Positions 20,806-29,562 are shown, counted from the stretch's first letter. The stretch: DNA of 64,000 nucleotides from an uncultured delta proteobacterium (GCA_963743175.1 CAVUOQ010000015.1:8220-72219), one strand, 5' to 3'. Notes: generated by a model from the sequence alone, not told the origin. Made by a program: numbers and translations.

Positions 20806-22185
20806 ATGGCAAACATTCTTGTCCTCGACGACGACAAGGGAATGAGGGAGTTTCTTGAGATCATGCTCAATCGCGAGGGCTACAAGGTAAGCTGCGCGGC
20901 GGATGCGGAAAAGGCTCTGATCCTCTGTAAAAAACAGAAATTCGATTTGATTCTTACGGATCTGAAAATGCCCAAAATCGACGGCATCGAGTTTCTGAAA
21001 CGCAGTCGCGATATCTGTCCGGAATCACTGGTGATCCTTATGACCGCCTACGCATCCGGGGAAACCGCCGTGTCCGCCATGAAAGAGGGCGCCTATGATT
21101 ATATTGAAAAGGATTTTGATATCGACGATCTGAAGGTCCTGATTCAGCAGGCATTAACCAAAAAGGGCGTCATGAAGGAAGGCGCCCAGTTCATCAGGGA
21201 AGTCGAAGGCGCCGTTAGTTTTGGCCGCATGATCGGCAGCAGCAAGGAAATACTGAAGGTCTATGCGCTGATCAACAAGGTGGCCGCAACATCCACCAAC
21301 ATATTGATCCTGGGAGAAAGCGGCACAGGCAAGGAATTGGCGGCCAGGGCCATCCACGAAAACAGTCCCGGAGCAGATTCCCCATTCATTACGATCAACT
21401 GCGGCGGCATCCCGGAAACCCTGCTTGAGTCTGAATTATTCGGTTATATGAGAGGCTCTTTCACGGGCGCCCATGCGGATAAGCCGGGCCTCTTCGAAAT
21501 GGCCAGTGGCGGAACAATATTTCTTGATGAAATCGGTGAGTTACCGCCTGTTCTTCAAGTTAAACTTTTAAGAGTCGTTCAGGAAAAGTCATTCCGGCGG
21601 ATCGGGGGTTCGGAGGATATCAAGGTCGATGTCCGGATTATTTCAGCCACCAACCAGAACCTGGATGAAAAAGTCAAGGACGGGTCATTCCGTGAAGATC
21701 TTTACTATCGCCTGAATGTCATTCCGATCCATCTTCCGCCGCTGCGGGAACGGAAGGACGACATTCCCGTTCTGACCAAGCATTTCATCGAAAAATATTC
21801 CAGAGCATTCAATAAGGAAATTAGAACGATTTCCCTGTATGCACTGGAGCTGCTGATGGGGTATCAGTTTCCGGGCAATATCCGGGAGCTGGAAAACATC
21901 ATTGAACGCAGCGTTGCGCTGGAATCCTCCAACATCATTCTGCCCGAAAATCTCATCCTTTCAAAAGACTCCAAAGAACAGAAAACTTTTCAGGATTTTG
22001 ACATCCCCGAGCAGGGCGTTCACCTCAATGCTGTTTTGGCAAACTATGAAAGACAATGGATTGCAAAGGCTCTGGACAAATCCATGGGCTCAAAGACAAA
22101 AGCGGCAGAGCTCCTTCATGTTACAGCGGATTCGTTGCGTTACCGGATTGAAAAACTTGGGTTGGAAGACAAACCGGAAAAATAA
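20806..22185 (+). CDS. sigma-54-dependent response regulator (NtrC/PilR family)
   Basis: Receiver domain (ILVLDDD ... DLILTDLKMP), AAA+ sigma-54 activation domain (GESGTGKE, GAFTGA-like GSFTGA, ESELFGY) and a C-terminal Fis-type HTH. Confidence 0.92.
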   Translation: MANILVLDDDKGMREFLEIMLNREGYKVSCAADAEKALILCKKQKFDLILTDLKMPKIDGIEFLKRSRDICPESLVILMTAYASGETAVSAMKEGAYDYIEKDFDIDDLKVLIQQALTKKGVMKEGAQFIREVEGAVSFGRMIGSSKEILKVYALINKVAATSTNILILGESGTGKELAARAIHENSPGADSPFITINCGGIPETLLESELFGYMRGSFTGAHADKPGLFEMASGGTIFLDEIGELPPVLQVKLLRVVQEKSFRRIGGSEDIKVDVRIISATNQNLDEKVKDGSFREDLYYRLNVIPIHLPPLRERKDDIPVLTKHFIEKYSRAFNKEIRTISLYALELLMGYQFPGNIRELENIIERSVALESSNIILPENLILSKDSKEQKTFQDFDIPEQGVHLNAVLANYERQWIAKALDKSMGSKTKAAELLHVTADSLRYRIEKLGLEDKPEK

Positions 22186-22189
22186 TTTC

Positions 22190-22218
22190 TTGACATTATT
22201 GCTTTCCGCCTCTATAAG
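22190..22218 (+). promoter_or_regulatory. sigma-70-type promoter of the leader/ABC operon
   Basis: TTGACA (22190-22195), 17-bp spacer, TATAAG (22213-22218). Confidence 0.6.
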
Positions 22219-22244
22219 TGCCTCACAAAGGGCAGGTGCAACGT

Positions 22245-22334
22245 ATGGACAATTCAAGCAACATGGGTCGCAAGGCAGTTCAGTTTTTTGCTTTCTTTAG
22301 CTTTTTTAGCGGGGTCTGCCTGCCACGCTCATGA
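22245..22334 (+). CDS. Phe-rich leader peptide (29 codons) MDNSSNMGRKAVQFFAFFSFFSGVCLPRS
   Basis: Six Phe codons occur within 9 consecutive codons (22284-22307). The ORF ends inside the antiterminator arm, immediately upstream of a canonical terminator. Confidence 0.6.
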   Translation: MDNSSNMGRKAVQFFAFFSFFSGVCLPRS

Positions 22335-22389
22335 TTGTGCATGAGACATTGGCCGTGGGCAGACCTCTTTACTGCCCACGGTTTTTTTT
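22311..22389 (+). promoter_or_regulatory. transcription attenuator (antiterminator arm 22311-22327; terminator 22353-22389)
   Basis: 22311-22327 pairs with 22354-22367 (10 bp including one G-U, a bulge, then 4 bp). That pairing competes with the perfect 10-bp terminator stem 22353-22362/22372-22381, which is followed by T8. Confidence 0.6.
22353..22389 (+). terminator. intrinsic terminator of the leader transcript
   Basis: CCGTGGGCAG-acctcttta-CTGCCCACGG followed by TTTTTTTT. Confidence 0.8.
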
Positions 22390-22395
22390 ATCTTG

Positions 22396-22426
22396 AGGCC
22401 GTGGAAAAAATTCCATGGCCTTTTTT
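22396..22426 (+). terminator. second hairpin + T-tract in the leader
   Basis: AGGCCGTGG-aaaaaatt-CCATGGCCT (one G-U pair) followed by TTTTTT, 22 nt upstream of the binding-protein start. Confidence 0.5.
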
Positions 22427-22447
22427 ATTGATCAGGAGGAAGGGAAA

Positions 22448-23656
22448 ATGAAACGAATGCTCAAATGGCTGGTTATTATGGCGGTGGTCGCGGGTTTAGC
22501 CCTGCCGGGGCAGGCAACACGCGCGGATGCCGCAACGATCAAAGTCGGGGCGGCGATCAATCTGACCGGTCCGGCATCCACCTGGGGACAGTATCACGCC
22601 AAAGGACAGCAGGATTATTTCCGCTATGTCAATGACGTCAAGGGGGGTGTCGCCGGCCGGCGGATCGAGATGATCCTCGTGGACACGGGCTACAAGGTTA
22701 CCGATGCGGTTGCCGCAGTGCGGAAATTCGCCGTTTCCGACAATGTGGATATGATCGCCACCTGGAGCGCCGGAGAGGGCCTTGCGGCGAAGCCCATCAT
22801 CCAGGAGTACAAGATTCCGACCATCAATTATTCGACGAGTTGGGAAATCCTTGAGGCGCCCATTGGCTACATGTACCTGCCGTTCGGCAGCTACCGCATG
22901 GACTGCTATGCGGTTATTGACTATATCCTCACCATTCACAGGGGAAAAGAGCGGCCGAAAATCGGTCTTCTGACCTACAACAACGCCTATGGGCGCTCCA
23001 TCCATCAGCCGACGCGGGAGTACGCCGCCGGCAAGCAGGTGGATATCGTCGCCATCGAAGAATTTCCGCCCAAAACGGTGGACCTGTCGACGGAACTCCT
23101 GCGCCTCAAACAGAAGGGGGCCGAGTACATCTTCATGCAGATGCTGCCGTCAGCCATCATCACGGCTTTCAAGAGCGCCGACCGGATCAGCTACAATCCC
23201 CAGTTTCTCGGAACCTGGACCTCCACGGATCCGGACTTTTTCAAAATGGGAAAGGGGCTCATCCGCGACCGCCTGAAAATGCAGTTTCCCGGCGGGCTGC
23301 CCTCCGACAGGACAGCCGGCATGAAACTCATGGATGAACTCACCAGGCGCTACAGGAGTGTTGACCGGTTTGACGCGGCCTACTGGGAGGGCGTCGTGGT
23401 CGGCGTCATCATGGAACGGGCGTTCATCCGGGCCAATGAAGCCTCAAAGCAGATCAACCGGGACACCATTAACAAGGCGATGGAATCATTCCGCAACGAA
23501 AAGTTCGATGGTCTTGTTCCGGATATCACTTACACGAAAACAGATCATGGCGCCTCGTTCAAGGCCAGGATGGTGCGGGTCCGGGAGGACGGGACGTATG
23601 TTCCCCTGACGAACTTCTATACGCCCGGCAAGGAAAAAATCAAGCTCATCAAGTAA
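22448..23656 (+). CDS. ABC transporter periplasmic substrate-binding protein (LivJ/K-type, PBP1 fold)
   Basis: Signal peptide MKRMLKWLVIMAVVAGLALPGQATRADA, then IKVGAAINLTGPAS, typical of Leu/Ile/Val-binding-protein-family receptors. AGGAGGAAGG lies upstream of ATG 22448. Confidence 0.85.
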   Translation: MKRMLKWLVIMAVVAGLALPGQATRADAATIKVGAAINLTGPASTWGQYHAKGQQDYFRYVNDVKGGVAGRRIEMILVDTGYKVTDAVAAVRKFAVSDNVDMIATWSAGEGLAAKPIIQEYKIPTINYSTSWEILEAPIGYMYLPFGSYRMDCYAVIDYILTIHRGKERPKIGLLTYNNAYGRSIHQPTREYAAGKQVDIVAIEEFPPKTVDLSTELLRLKQKGAEYIFMQMLPSAIITAFKSADRISYNPQFLGTWTSTDPDFFKMGKGLIRDRLKMQFPGGLPSDRTAGMKLMDELTRRYRSVDRFDAAYWEGVVVGVIMERAFIRANEASKQINRDTINKAMESFRNEKFDGLVPDITYTKTDHGASFKARMVRVREDGTYVPLTNFYTPGKEKIKLIK

Positions 23657-23667
23657 CCTTAAAGTTA

Positions 23668-23717
23668 CCCCCACCCCTCCCTTCCCCTCGACGGGGGAGG
23701 GATACAGGGAGGGGGCA
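23668..23717. repeat. GC-rich hairpin (REP-like) repeat
   Basis: CCCTTCCCC-tcgac-GGGGGAGGG (23679-23701) has the same tcgac loop as 1484-1506. Confidence 0.7.
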
Positions 23718-23737
23718 TTTTCATAGAAAATAGGAAG

Positions 23738-24565
23738 ATGAAATCATTACGAGGCCAGCCAGGGATTTTTCATAACCGCAGTCGGGAGGATAGCGTCGCC
23801 GATCTGGAGGTGATGAATTTATCTTTGCATTTCGGCGGCGTCAAGGCCCTCAATCAGGTCGATCTGACGGTCAATACCGGCGAACTGGTGGCGGTCATCG
23901 GACCGAACGGTGCCGGCAAGACCAGCCTGCTGAACTGCCTGACCGGGTTTTACCGGCCGCAGACGGGCCATATCCGCTTTAACGGCAGGGATATCACCCA
24001 TCTGCCCCCGCATGCGCTGGTCGGGCTTGGCATCGGACGGACCTTTCAGAATATTGAGCTGTTCCCCGGCATGACCGTTTTGTCCAACATGCTGCTGGCG
24101 CGCCATATCCATTGCCGTTATGATCTGGGACCGGCGGCGCTCTTCTCGTCTTCGGTTCGCAAAGAGGAAATCCGCCATCGCGAGATTCTCGAGGAGGTGA
24201 TTGATTTTCTGGAAATGCAGGCCATCCGGAAAAAGAATGTGGGATCTCTTCCCTATGGTCTCATGAAGCGCGTGGAACTCGGCCGCGCCCTGGCGCTGGA
24301 ACCGAAACTGCTGGTGCTGGACGAGCCTTTTGCCGGGATGAACCTTGAAGAGAAGGAAGACATGGTTCGTTTCCTTGTCGAATTGAACGAATCCTGGGGG
24401 CAGACCATGATCCTCGTGGAACACGACATGTCCATTGTCATGAGCATTTCAAAGCGCATCATGGTCCTGAATTTCGGTGAAAAACTCGCAGAGGGTTTAC
24501 CGGAATATGTCAGTAACCACCCGGAGGTCATCAAGGCCTATCTGGGCGATCCAGGAAACCTTTAG
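23738..24565 (+). CDS. ABC transporter ATP-binding protein (LivG-like)
   Basis: GPNGAGKTS Walker A, LPYGLMKRVELGRAL signature region and LLVLDEPFAGM Walker B. The exact start is uncertain. Confidence 0.88.
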   Translation: MKSLRGQPGIFHNRSREDSVADLEVMNLSLHFGGVKALNQVDLTVNTGELVAVIGPNGAGKTSLLNCLTGFYRPQTGHIRFNGRDITHLPPHALVGLGIGRTFQNIELFPGMTVLSNMLLARHIHCRYDLGPAALFSSSVRKEEIRHREILEEVIDFLEMQAIRKKNVGSLPYGLMKRVELGRALALEPKLLVLDEPFAGMNLEEKEDMVRFLVELNESWGQTMILVEHDMSIVMSISKRIMVLNFGEKLAEGLPEYVSNHPEVIKAYLGDPGNL

Positions 24566-26484
24566 TGAAAACGGATATGACAGCATCTGTAACCGAAAAA
24601 ACACTGCCCCAGGTCCTGGCCCTTCAGGCCGAGCGTCTCGGTTCCGGCACGATCGCCGTCCGCGAAAAGGCCCTGGGCATCTGGCAAACCTACTCTTGGA
24701 CGGACTATTTTCGATACGTGAGGCATGTCGGCGCCGGATTGCTTGCGCTGGGTCTCAAGCGCGGTGAATGTGTCGGAATCATTGCCAACAATCACCCCGA
24801 ATGGCTGTTTGGCGAACTCGGTGTCCAGTCAGTGGGTGGAGTGAGCCTGAATCTGTTTACCTCTTCGGTCAGTGAAGAGCTCTGCCTGGCCCTGAACCGC
24901 GTTCAGGCCGCCTGCGTGGTGGTGCAGGATCAGGAGCAGGTCGATAAATTGCTGGAGTCCAGGCATAAACTGCCCCATGTCCGCCGCGTCGTTTATATCG
25001 ACCCCACCTGCATGAGAACCTATGCAAACGATCCCTGGCTCCTGAGTTTCCAGGACCTGATCCGCATGGGAGAAGCCTTTGACCGGGAATATCCGGATCG
25101 CTTTGCCGCCGAATTGCACCGGGGCGGCCGGGATGACTGCGCGCTCATGATCCTGACCTCCGGGACGACCGGCATGCCGAAACTCGCCATGCTCTCTCAC
25201 CGCAACCTGACGGCCATAGCAGCCAGCTGGGTCGAGGCCATGAAGATCATGCCGGGTGAAAACTGGATTTCCATGTCCCCGCCGGCCTGGATTGTCGACC
25301 AGATGTGGGGTGTGGGCGTCGCACTCGTCGGGGGGATGACCATGAATTTTCCGGAAACCCAGGAAACCGTCCTGGAGGATTTCCGCGAAATCGGCCCGTC
25401 GCTTTTGATCAGCGCCTCGCGGTTCTGGGAAGACCTGGCTTCCAGGATTTTGGTAAAAATGTCCGATGCCGGCCTGCTCAAGCGAATATGCTTTGAATGG
25501 GCGAAAAAGATCGGGAAAATGGTTACTGGGCACGCATCCCGAAACAACGGGATTCCGTGGTTTCTGAACATCCTGCACCGTCTCGCCGCCTGGACGGTTT
25601 ATCGCCCCCTCCTGGATCGTACCGGCTGTGCAAACCTGCGCAGCGCCTTTACGGGCGGGCATCCCATCAGTCCGGATGTCATCGGCTTCTTTCGCACGAT
25701 CGGCCTGAACCTCAAGCAATGCTACGGCCTGACGGAGGCGGGCGGTATTTTTCAGATCCAGCCGGATGATCAGGTCAAGCTGGAGACGGTCGGAAAACCC
25801 GTTCCGGGCGTTCAGGTTCGTATTTCTGAAGATCAGGAGGTCCTTGTTCGCAGCGGCTCGGTGTTCAGCGGTTATTATCAGGACTTCCAGGCAACGGAAG
25901 CCGCCTTTCAGGAGGGATGGCTGAGAACCGGCGACGCCGGCTACATCGACAAGGACGGCCACCTGCTCATCATCGGCCGCAAAGAGGAGATCATCCGCAA
26001 CAAGGGCGGGGACGCCTTTTCACCGGATTTTATTGAAACCCGTTTGAAATTCAGTCCGTATATCAAGGAGGCCGTTGTCTTCGGGGAAGGGCGGCCCTAT
26101 ATCACGCTCATGGTGAACATTGATTTCGGCAACGTGGGGGTCTGGGCGGAGGAGCGCATGATTCCCTATACGACCTACATGGATCTTTCCCAGCAGCAGG
26201 CCGTGGCGGAGCTGATTACAGGTGAAATCAGAAAGGTCAACGAGCAGTTGCCGGAGGTCATGAAGGTCAGGAAATTCTTCCTGCTCTACAAGCTCCTGGA
26301 CGCCGACGATGAGGAACTGACCCGGACCGGCAAGGTGCGCCGGCGTTTTGTCTATGGACTTTATCTCAAGCTGATTGAGTCCATGTACCGGGATCAGCCG
26401 GAAGTGGATGTGAAAGCAAAGGTTCAGTACCGGGACGGTCAGATCGGCAAGGTGGAAACCCGGGTAAAAATCATATCGCTGTAA
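24565..26484 (+). CDS. AMP-forming acyl-CoA ligase (long-chain-fatty-acid/aryl-acid CoA ligase family) embedded in the ABC operon
   Basis: AMP-binding motifs ILTSGTTGMPK, GYGLTE-like CYGLTEAG, TGDAGYIDKDGHL and GRKEEIIRNKGGD. GTG 24565 overlaps the previous stop. Confidence 0.88.
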   Translation: MKTDMTASVTEKTLPQVLALQAERLGSGTIAVREKALGIWQTYSWTDYFRYVRHVGAGLLALGLKRGECVGIIANNHPEWLFGELGVQSVGGVSLNLFTSSVSEELCLALNRVQAACVVVQDQEQVDKLLESRHKLPHVRRVVYIDPTCMRTYANDPWLLSFQDLIRMGEAFDREYPDRFAAELHRGGRDDCALMILTSGTTGMPKLAMLSHRNLTAIAASWVEAMKIMPGENWISMSPPAWIVDQMWGVGVALVGGMTMNFPETQETVLEDFREIGPSLLISASRFWEDLASRILVKMSDAGLLKRICFEWAKKIGKMVTGHASRNNGIPWFLNILHRLAAWTVYRPLLDRTGCANLRSAFTGGHPISPDVIGFFRTIGLNLKQCYGLTEAGGIFQIQPDDQVKLETVGKPVPGVQVRISEDQEVLVRSGSVFSGYYQDFQATEAAFQEGWLRTGDAGYIDKDGHLLIIGRKEEIIRNKGGDAFSPDFIETRLKFSPYIKEAVVFGEGRPYITLMVNIDFGNVGVWAEERMIPYTTYMDLSQQQAVAELITGEIRKVNEQLPEVMKVRKFFLLYKLLDADDEELTRTGKVRRRFVYGLYLKLIESMYRDQPEVDVKAKVQYRDGQIGKVETRVKIISL

Positions 26485-26497
26485 GGAGAAAACGGTC

Positions 26498-27376
26498 ATG
26501 GATTTTTTTGTTCAGCTGCTCGTCAACGGGATCAGTATCGGCTTATTGTACGGACTCTCGGCGATGGGTTTTGTCATGATTTTCAAATCCTCCAGCGTCC
26601 TGAATTTTGCTCACGGGGAACTGCTGGCCTTTGGGGCGTTTCTCTTCCTGGCGCTCATCACGTGGGCACAACTGCCGCTGCCGGTAGCTTTCCTGGCGAC
26701 TCTGGCCGGCTGTTTCGCCCTGGGGTTCCTTATCGAGCGCGTTTTCCTGCGACCCCTGATCGGGGAACCGCTGATCTTCGTGATCATGCTCACCGTGGGG
26801 CTGGCGGCCATGTTCAAAGGTCTGCTGCTTTTTGTGTGGGGGGGGAATCTCCATACCTTTCCCGAGTTTCTGCCGGAAGCGATGGGCATCGACTGGGGAA
26901 TCGTCCATGTTGCACCCGTTTATGTGGCCACCCTGTTGATCGGTATGATATTTCTGTTGCTCTTTGGTCTGTTTTTCAAATATTCCTCGCAGGGGATCTA
27001 TATGCGGTCCGTGGCCGACAACCAGCGGGCGGCCCTGTCCCTCGGGGTGCATGTGAAACGCGTTTTTGCACTGTCCTGGGCGATTGCCGCTCTGGTCGCC
27101 GGCATGAGCGGCATCGTGCTGGGCATTATCAACGGGATCAATGTCCATGACCTGAGCGCAATCGGCCTGAAGGTTTTTCCCGTGATCATCCTGGGCGGCC
27201 TGGACAGCATTGGCGGCGCCATCATCGGCGGTCTGATTATCGGCCTGCTCGAAACCTTCACGGGGGGCTATCTGTCGCCCGGGCTGCGCGATGTGGTGCC
27301 TTATATCGTACTGGTCGTGATCCTGCTGGTCAAGCCTTATGGTCTCTTCGGCCTGAAGGAAATTGAACGGGTCTGA
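26498..27376 (+). CDS. branched-chain-type ABC transporter permease (LivH-like)
   Basis: Polytopic 292-aa protein with the LivH-family N-terminus (QLLVNGISIGLLYGLSAMGFVMIF ... NFAHGE). Confidence 0.88.
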   Translation: MDFFVQLLVNGISIGLLYGLSAMGFVMIFKSSSVLNFAHGELLAFGAFLFLALITWAQLPLPVAFLATLAGCFALGFLIERVFLRPLIGEPLIFVIMLTVGLAAMFKGLLLFVWGGNLHTFPEFLPEAMGIDWGIVHVAPVYVATLLIGMIFLLLFGLFFKYSSQGIYMRSVADNQRAALSLGVHVKRVFALSWAIAALVAGMSGIVLGIINGINVHDLSAIGLKVFPVIILGGLDSIGGAIIGGLIIGLLETFTGGYLSPGLRDVVPYIVLVVILLVKPYGLFGLKEIERV

Positions 27377-27387
27377 TCAACAAACTG

Positions 27388-27482
27388 ACGGAATTCGACG
27401 GCTTCGTTAAAAGTCCTTTTTCCCCTCTCCTGGCGGGAGGGGACGAAGGGGAGGGGGAGGGAATTCTTGACTTTTTACAGGG
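27388..27482. repeat. GC-rich hairpin (REP-like) repeat with both terminal modules
   Basis: GACGGCTTCGTTAAAAGTCC ... TCCCCTCTCC-tggc-GGGAGGGGA ... GGAATTCTTGACTTTTTACAGG, located in the livH-livM spacer. Confidence 0.7.
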
Positions 27483-27500
27483 GCGACAAAGGGTGAATAA

Positions 27501-28577
27501 ATGAAGATCAAAAAGTGGCAATTCCACCCGTGCGGCAATTACCGCGAACACTACGCACAGGAATTGAGTATCTTTGAGACGGATTTTGGCCGGCTCTGGC
27601 TGGGTATCGGGATTATGGCGCTCTTTGGGATCGTTCCCTGGGTCTTCAGCCCCTACATGATCTATGTGTTCAATACGATCGGGATTGCTGCGATTGCCGT
27701 GATCGGGCTGAACATCCTGATCGGCTTTACCGGGCAGATTTCCCTCGGGCACGGCGCCTTTTTCGGTGTGGGCGCCTACGCAGCGGCTATTCTCGCAACA
27801 ACCCTGGATTTCCCGTTTTATCTATCCATTCCGGCCGCCGCCGTCATCACGGCCATGGTCGGCATGGTTTTCGGCACGCCCTCGGTGCGGCTCAAGGGAC
27901 TCTATCTGACCATTGCCACACTGGCGGGTCAGTTCATCATTGAATACATCCTGCTGCGTTGGGAAAGTCTGACCAAGGGGACCATGGGAATGATCCTGCC
28001 GAAGCCCTCTATTTTAGGGTGGGAATTGAGCGGCGACCGGGTTTTCTTTTTTATGATCTTTGCCTGCCTTATCCTGATGGCCTGGATCGCGGTGAACCTG
28101 ATCCGTACGAAATACGGCAGGGCCTTCATCGCCATCCGTGACAATGACCGGGCGGCCGAAGGCATGGGCATTCCGATCTTTCGATACAAGCTTCTGGCCT
28201 TTGGCATCAGTTCATTCTATGCCGGCTTTGCAGGCGCCCTCTATGCCTATTACAGCGTCAGCATCACCACGGAACCCTTCACCCTGAGCCTTTCCGTGGA
28301 GTATATCGCCATGGTGATCATCGGCGGCATGGGCAACATCACCGGATCTATCTTCGGCGCCATTTTCATCACCGGACTCAATGAGATACTGCGCTGGCTC
28401 ACGGAACTGCTCATGAACATGGGGGTCGTCAGCGGTTCCGGCCTGAATATGGCGCCACTGCGCGAATTTACTTTCGGCCTGGCGATTGTGCTGTTCATTA
28501 TTTTCGAACCAAGGGGTTTGGCGGAGGTCTGGCGGATTGTGCGTTCGAGTTTCCGGCTATGGCCGTTTTCATATTGA
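27501..28577 (+). CDS. branched-chain-type ABC transporter permease (LivM-like)
   Basis: Polytopic 358-aa protein with the LivM-family core (GQISLGHGAFFGVGAY). Confidence 0.88.
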   Translation: MKIKKWQFHPCGNYREHYAQELSIFETDFGRLWLGIGIMALFGIVPWVFSPYMIYVFNTIGIAAIAVIGLNILIGFTGQISLGHGAFFGVGAYAAAILATTLDFPFYLSIPAAAVITAMVGMVFGTPSVRLKGLYLTIATLAGQFIIEYILLRWESLTKGTMGMILPKPSILGWELSGDRVFFFMIFACLILMAWIAVNLIRTKYGRAFIAIRDNDRAAEGMGIPIFRYKLLAFGISSFYAGFAGALYAYYSVSITTEPFTLSLSVEYIAMVIIGGMGNITGSIFGAIFITGLNEILRWLTELLMNMGVVSGSGLNMAPLREFTFGLAIVLFIIFEPRGLAEVWRIVRSSFRLWPFSY

Positions 28578-28744
28578 GAGACTTTTGAAAAATGGTTCGC
28601 AAGCGGCGAATCAAATGTTTTCCGCCTTTCCAGTAATGACGTTAACGGTTTGTAATATATCATGATAACGCCTGGTTATCTTCTTAGCGGAAAAGATTTT
28701 TGAGCCGCGGCGAAGCCATTTTTCAGAGGTTATGCAAAGCTCTC
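28578..28744. mobile_element. MITE-like element, full copy with its core inverted relative to its outer termini
   Basis: 167 bp flanked by the direct repeat ATTGA (28573-28577 and 28745-28749). The first repeat contains the livM-like stop codon. The outer ends are in reverse orientation and the core is in forward orientation compared with the other copies. Confidence 0.8.
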
Positions 28745-28761
28745 ATTGAAGGTAAGCGTCC

Positions 28762-29562
28762 ATGAATGAAACAATGATTAAAATCAATAATATATCCGTT
28801 GTTTACTCCGACGTGATTCAGGTGCTCAAAGGCGTGTCGCTGCACGTGGAAAAAGGGCATATCGTGTCCCTGTTAGGCAGTAACGGCGCCGGCAAAACAA
28901 CAACCCTGAAGGCCATCTCCGGCCTCCTGAAGCCGGAGAACGGAAAGGTCACCGACGGCACGATCCTGTTTAATGACCAGCCCATTCACAATCACTCGCC
29001 CGAAACCATCACGCGCATGGGCATCATCCAGGTTCTGGAAGGCCGCCAGCCCTTCAAATACCTGACCATCGAGGAAAATCTGAGGGTCGGAACGGCAACC
29101 CGCTGGGGGAAGCCCTACCGGCAGGACATGGAGCTGGTTTATCACTACTTCCCGGCTCTTCTGGCGCGCCGGAAAGCTCTGGCGGGGTATTGCAGCGGCG
29201 GGGAACTGCAGATGCTCGTTATGGGAAGGGCGCTCATGGCGCATCCGCAGCTTCTCCTGCTGGATGAACCGTCGTTGGGCCTTGCACCCCTGGTGGTCCG
29301 TGAAATCTTTCAGATCATCAAAAAAATCAATGAAGAGCAGGCGACCACCATCATTTTAGTCGAGCAGAACGCACGGATGGCCCTGCAGATCGCCCATTAC
29401 GCCTATGTCATGGAAAACGGCAAGATCGTCATGGAAGGAAGAGCTGAAGAGCTGGTCGAGAACCCCGACGTCAAGGAATTTTATTTAGGGATGGCGGCCA
29501 CAGGCATCGCCAAATCTTACCGGGATGTTAAATCCTACCGTCGGCGGAAACGATGGCTGTAG
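28762..29562 (+). CDS. ABC transporter ATP-binding protein (LivF-like)
   Basis: GSNGAGKTT Walker A, CSGGELQML signature and LLLLDEPSLGL Walker B. Confidence 0.9.
   Translation: MNETMIKINNISVVYSDVIQVLKGVSLHVEKGHIVSLLGSNGAGKTTTLKAISGLLKPENGKVTDGTILFNDQPIHNHSPETITRMGIIQVLEGRQPFKYLTIEENLRVGTATRWGKPYRQDMELVYHYFPALLARRKALAGYCSGGELQMLVMGRALMAHPQLLLLDEPSLGLAPLVVREIFQIIKKINEEQATTIILVEQNARMALQIAHYAYVMENGKIVMEGRAEELVENPDVKEFYLGMAATGIAKSYRDVKSYRRRKRWL

Noticed and set aside
22415-22447. Upstream ATG (22415) as the start of the ABC binding protein
   Set aside because: That ATG lies inside the second terminator-like hairpin and lacks an SD. ATG 22448 is preceded by AGGAGGAAGG and begins a typical signal peptide.
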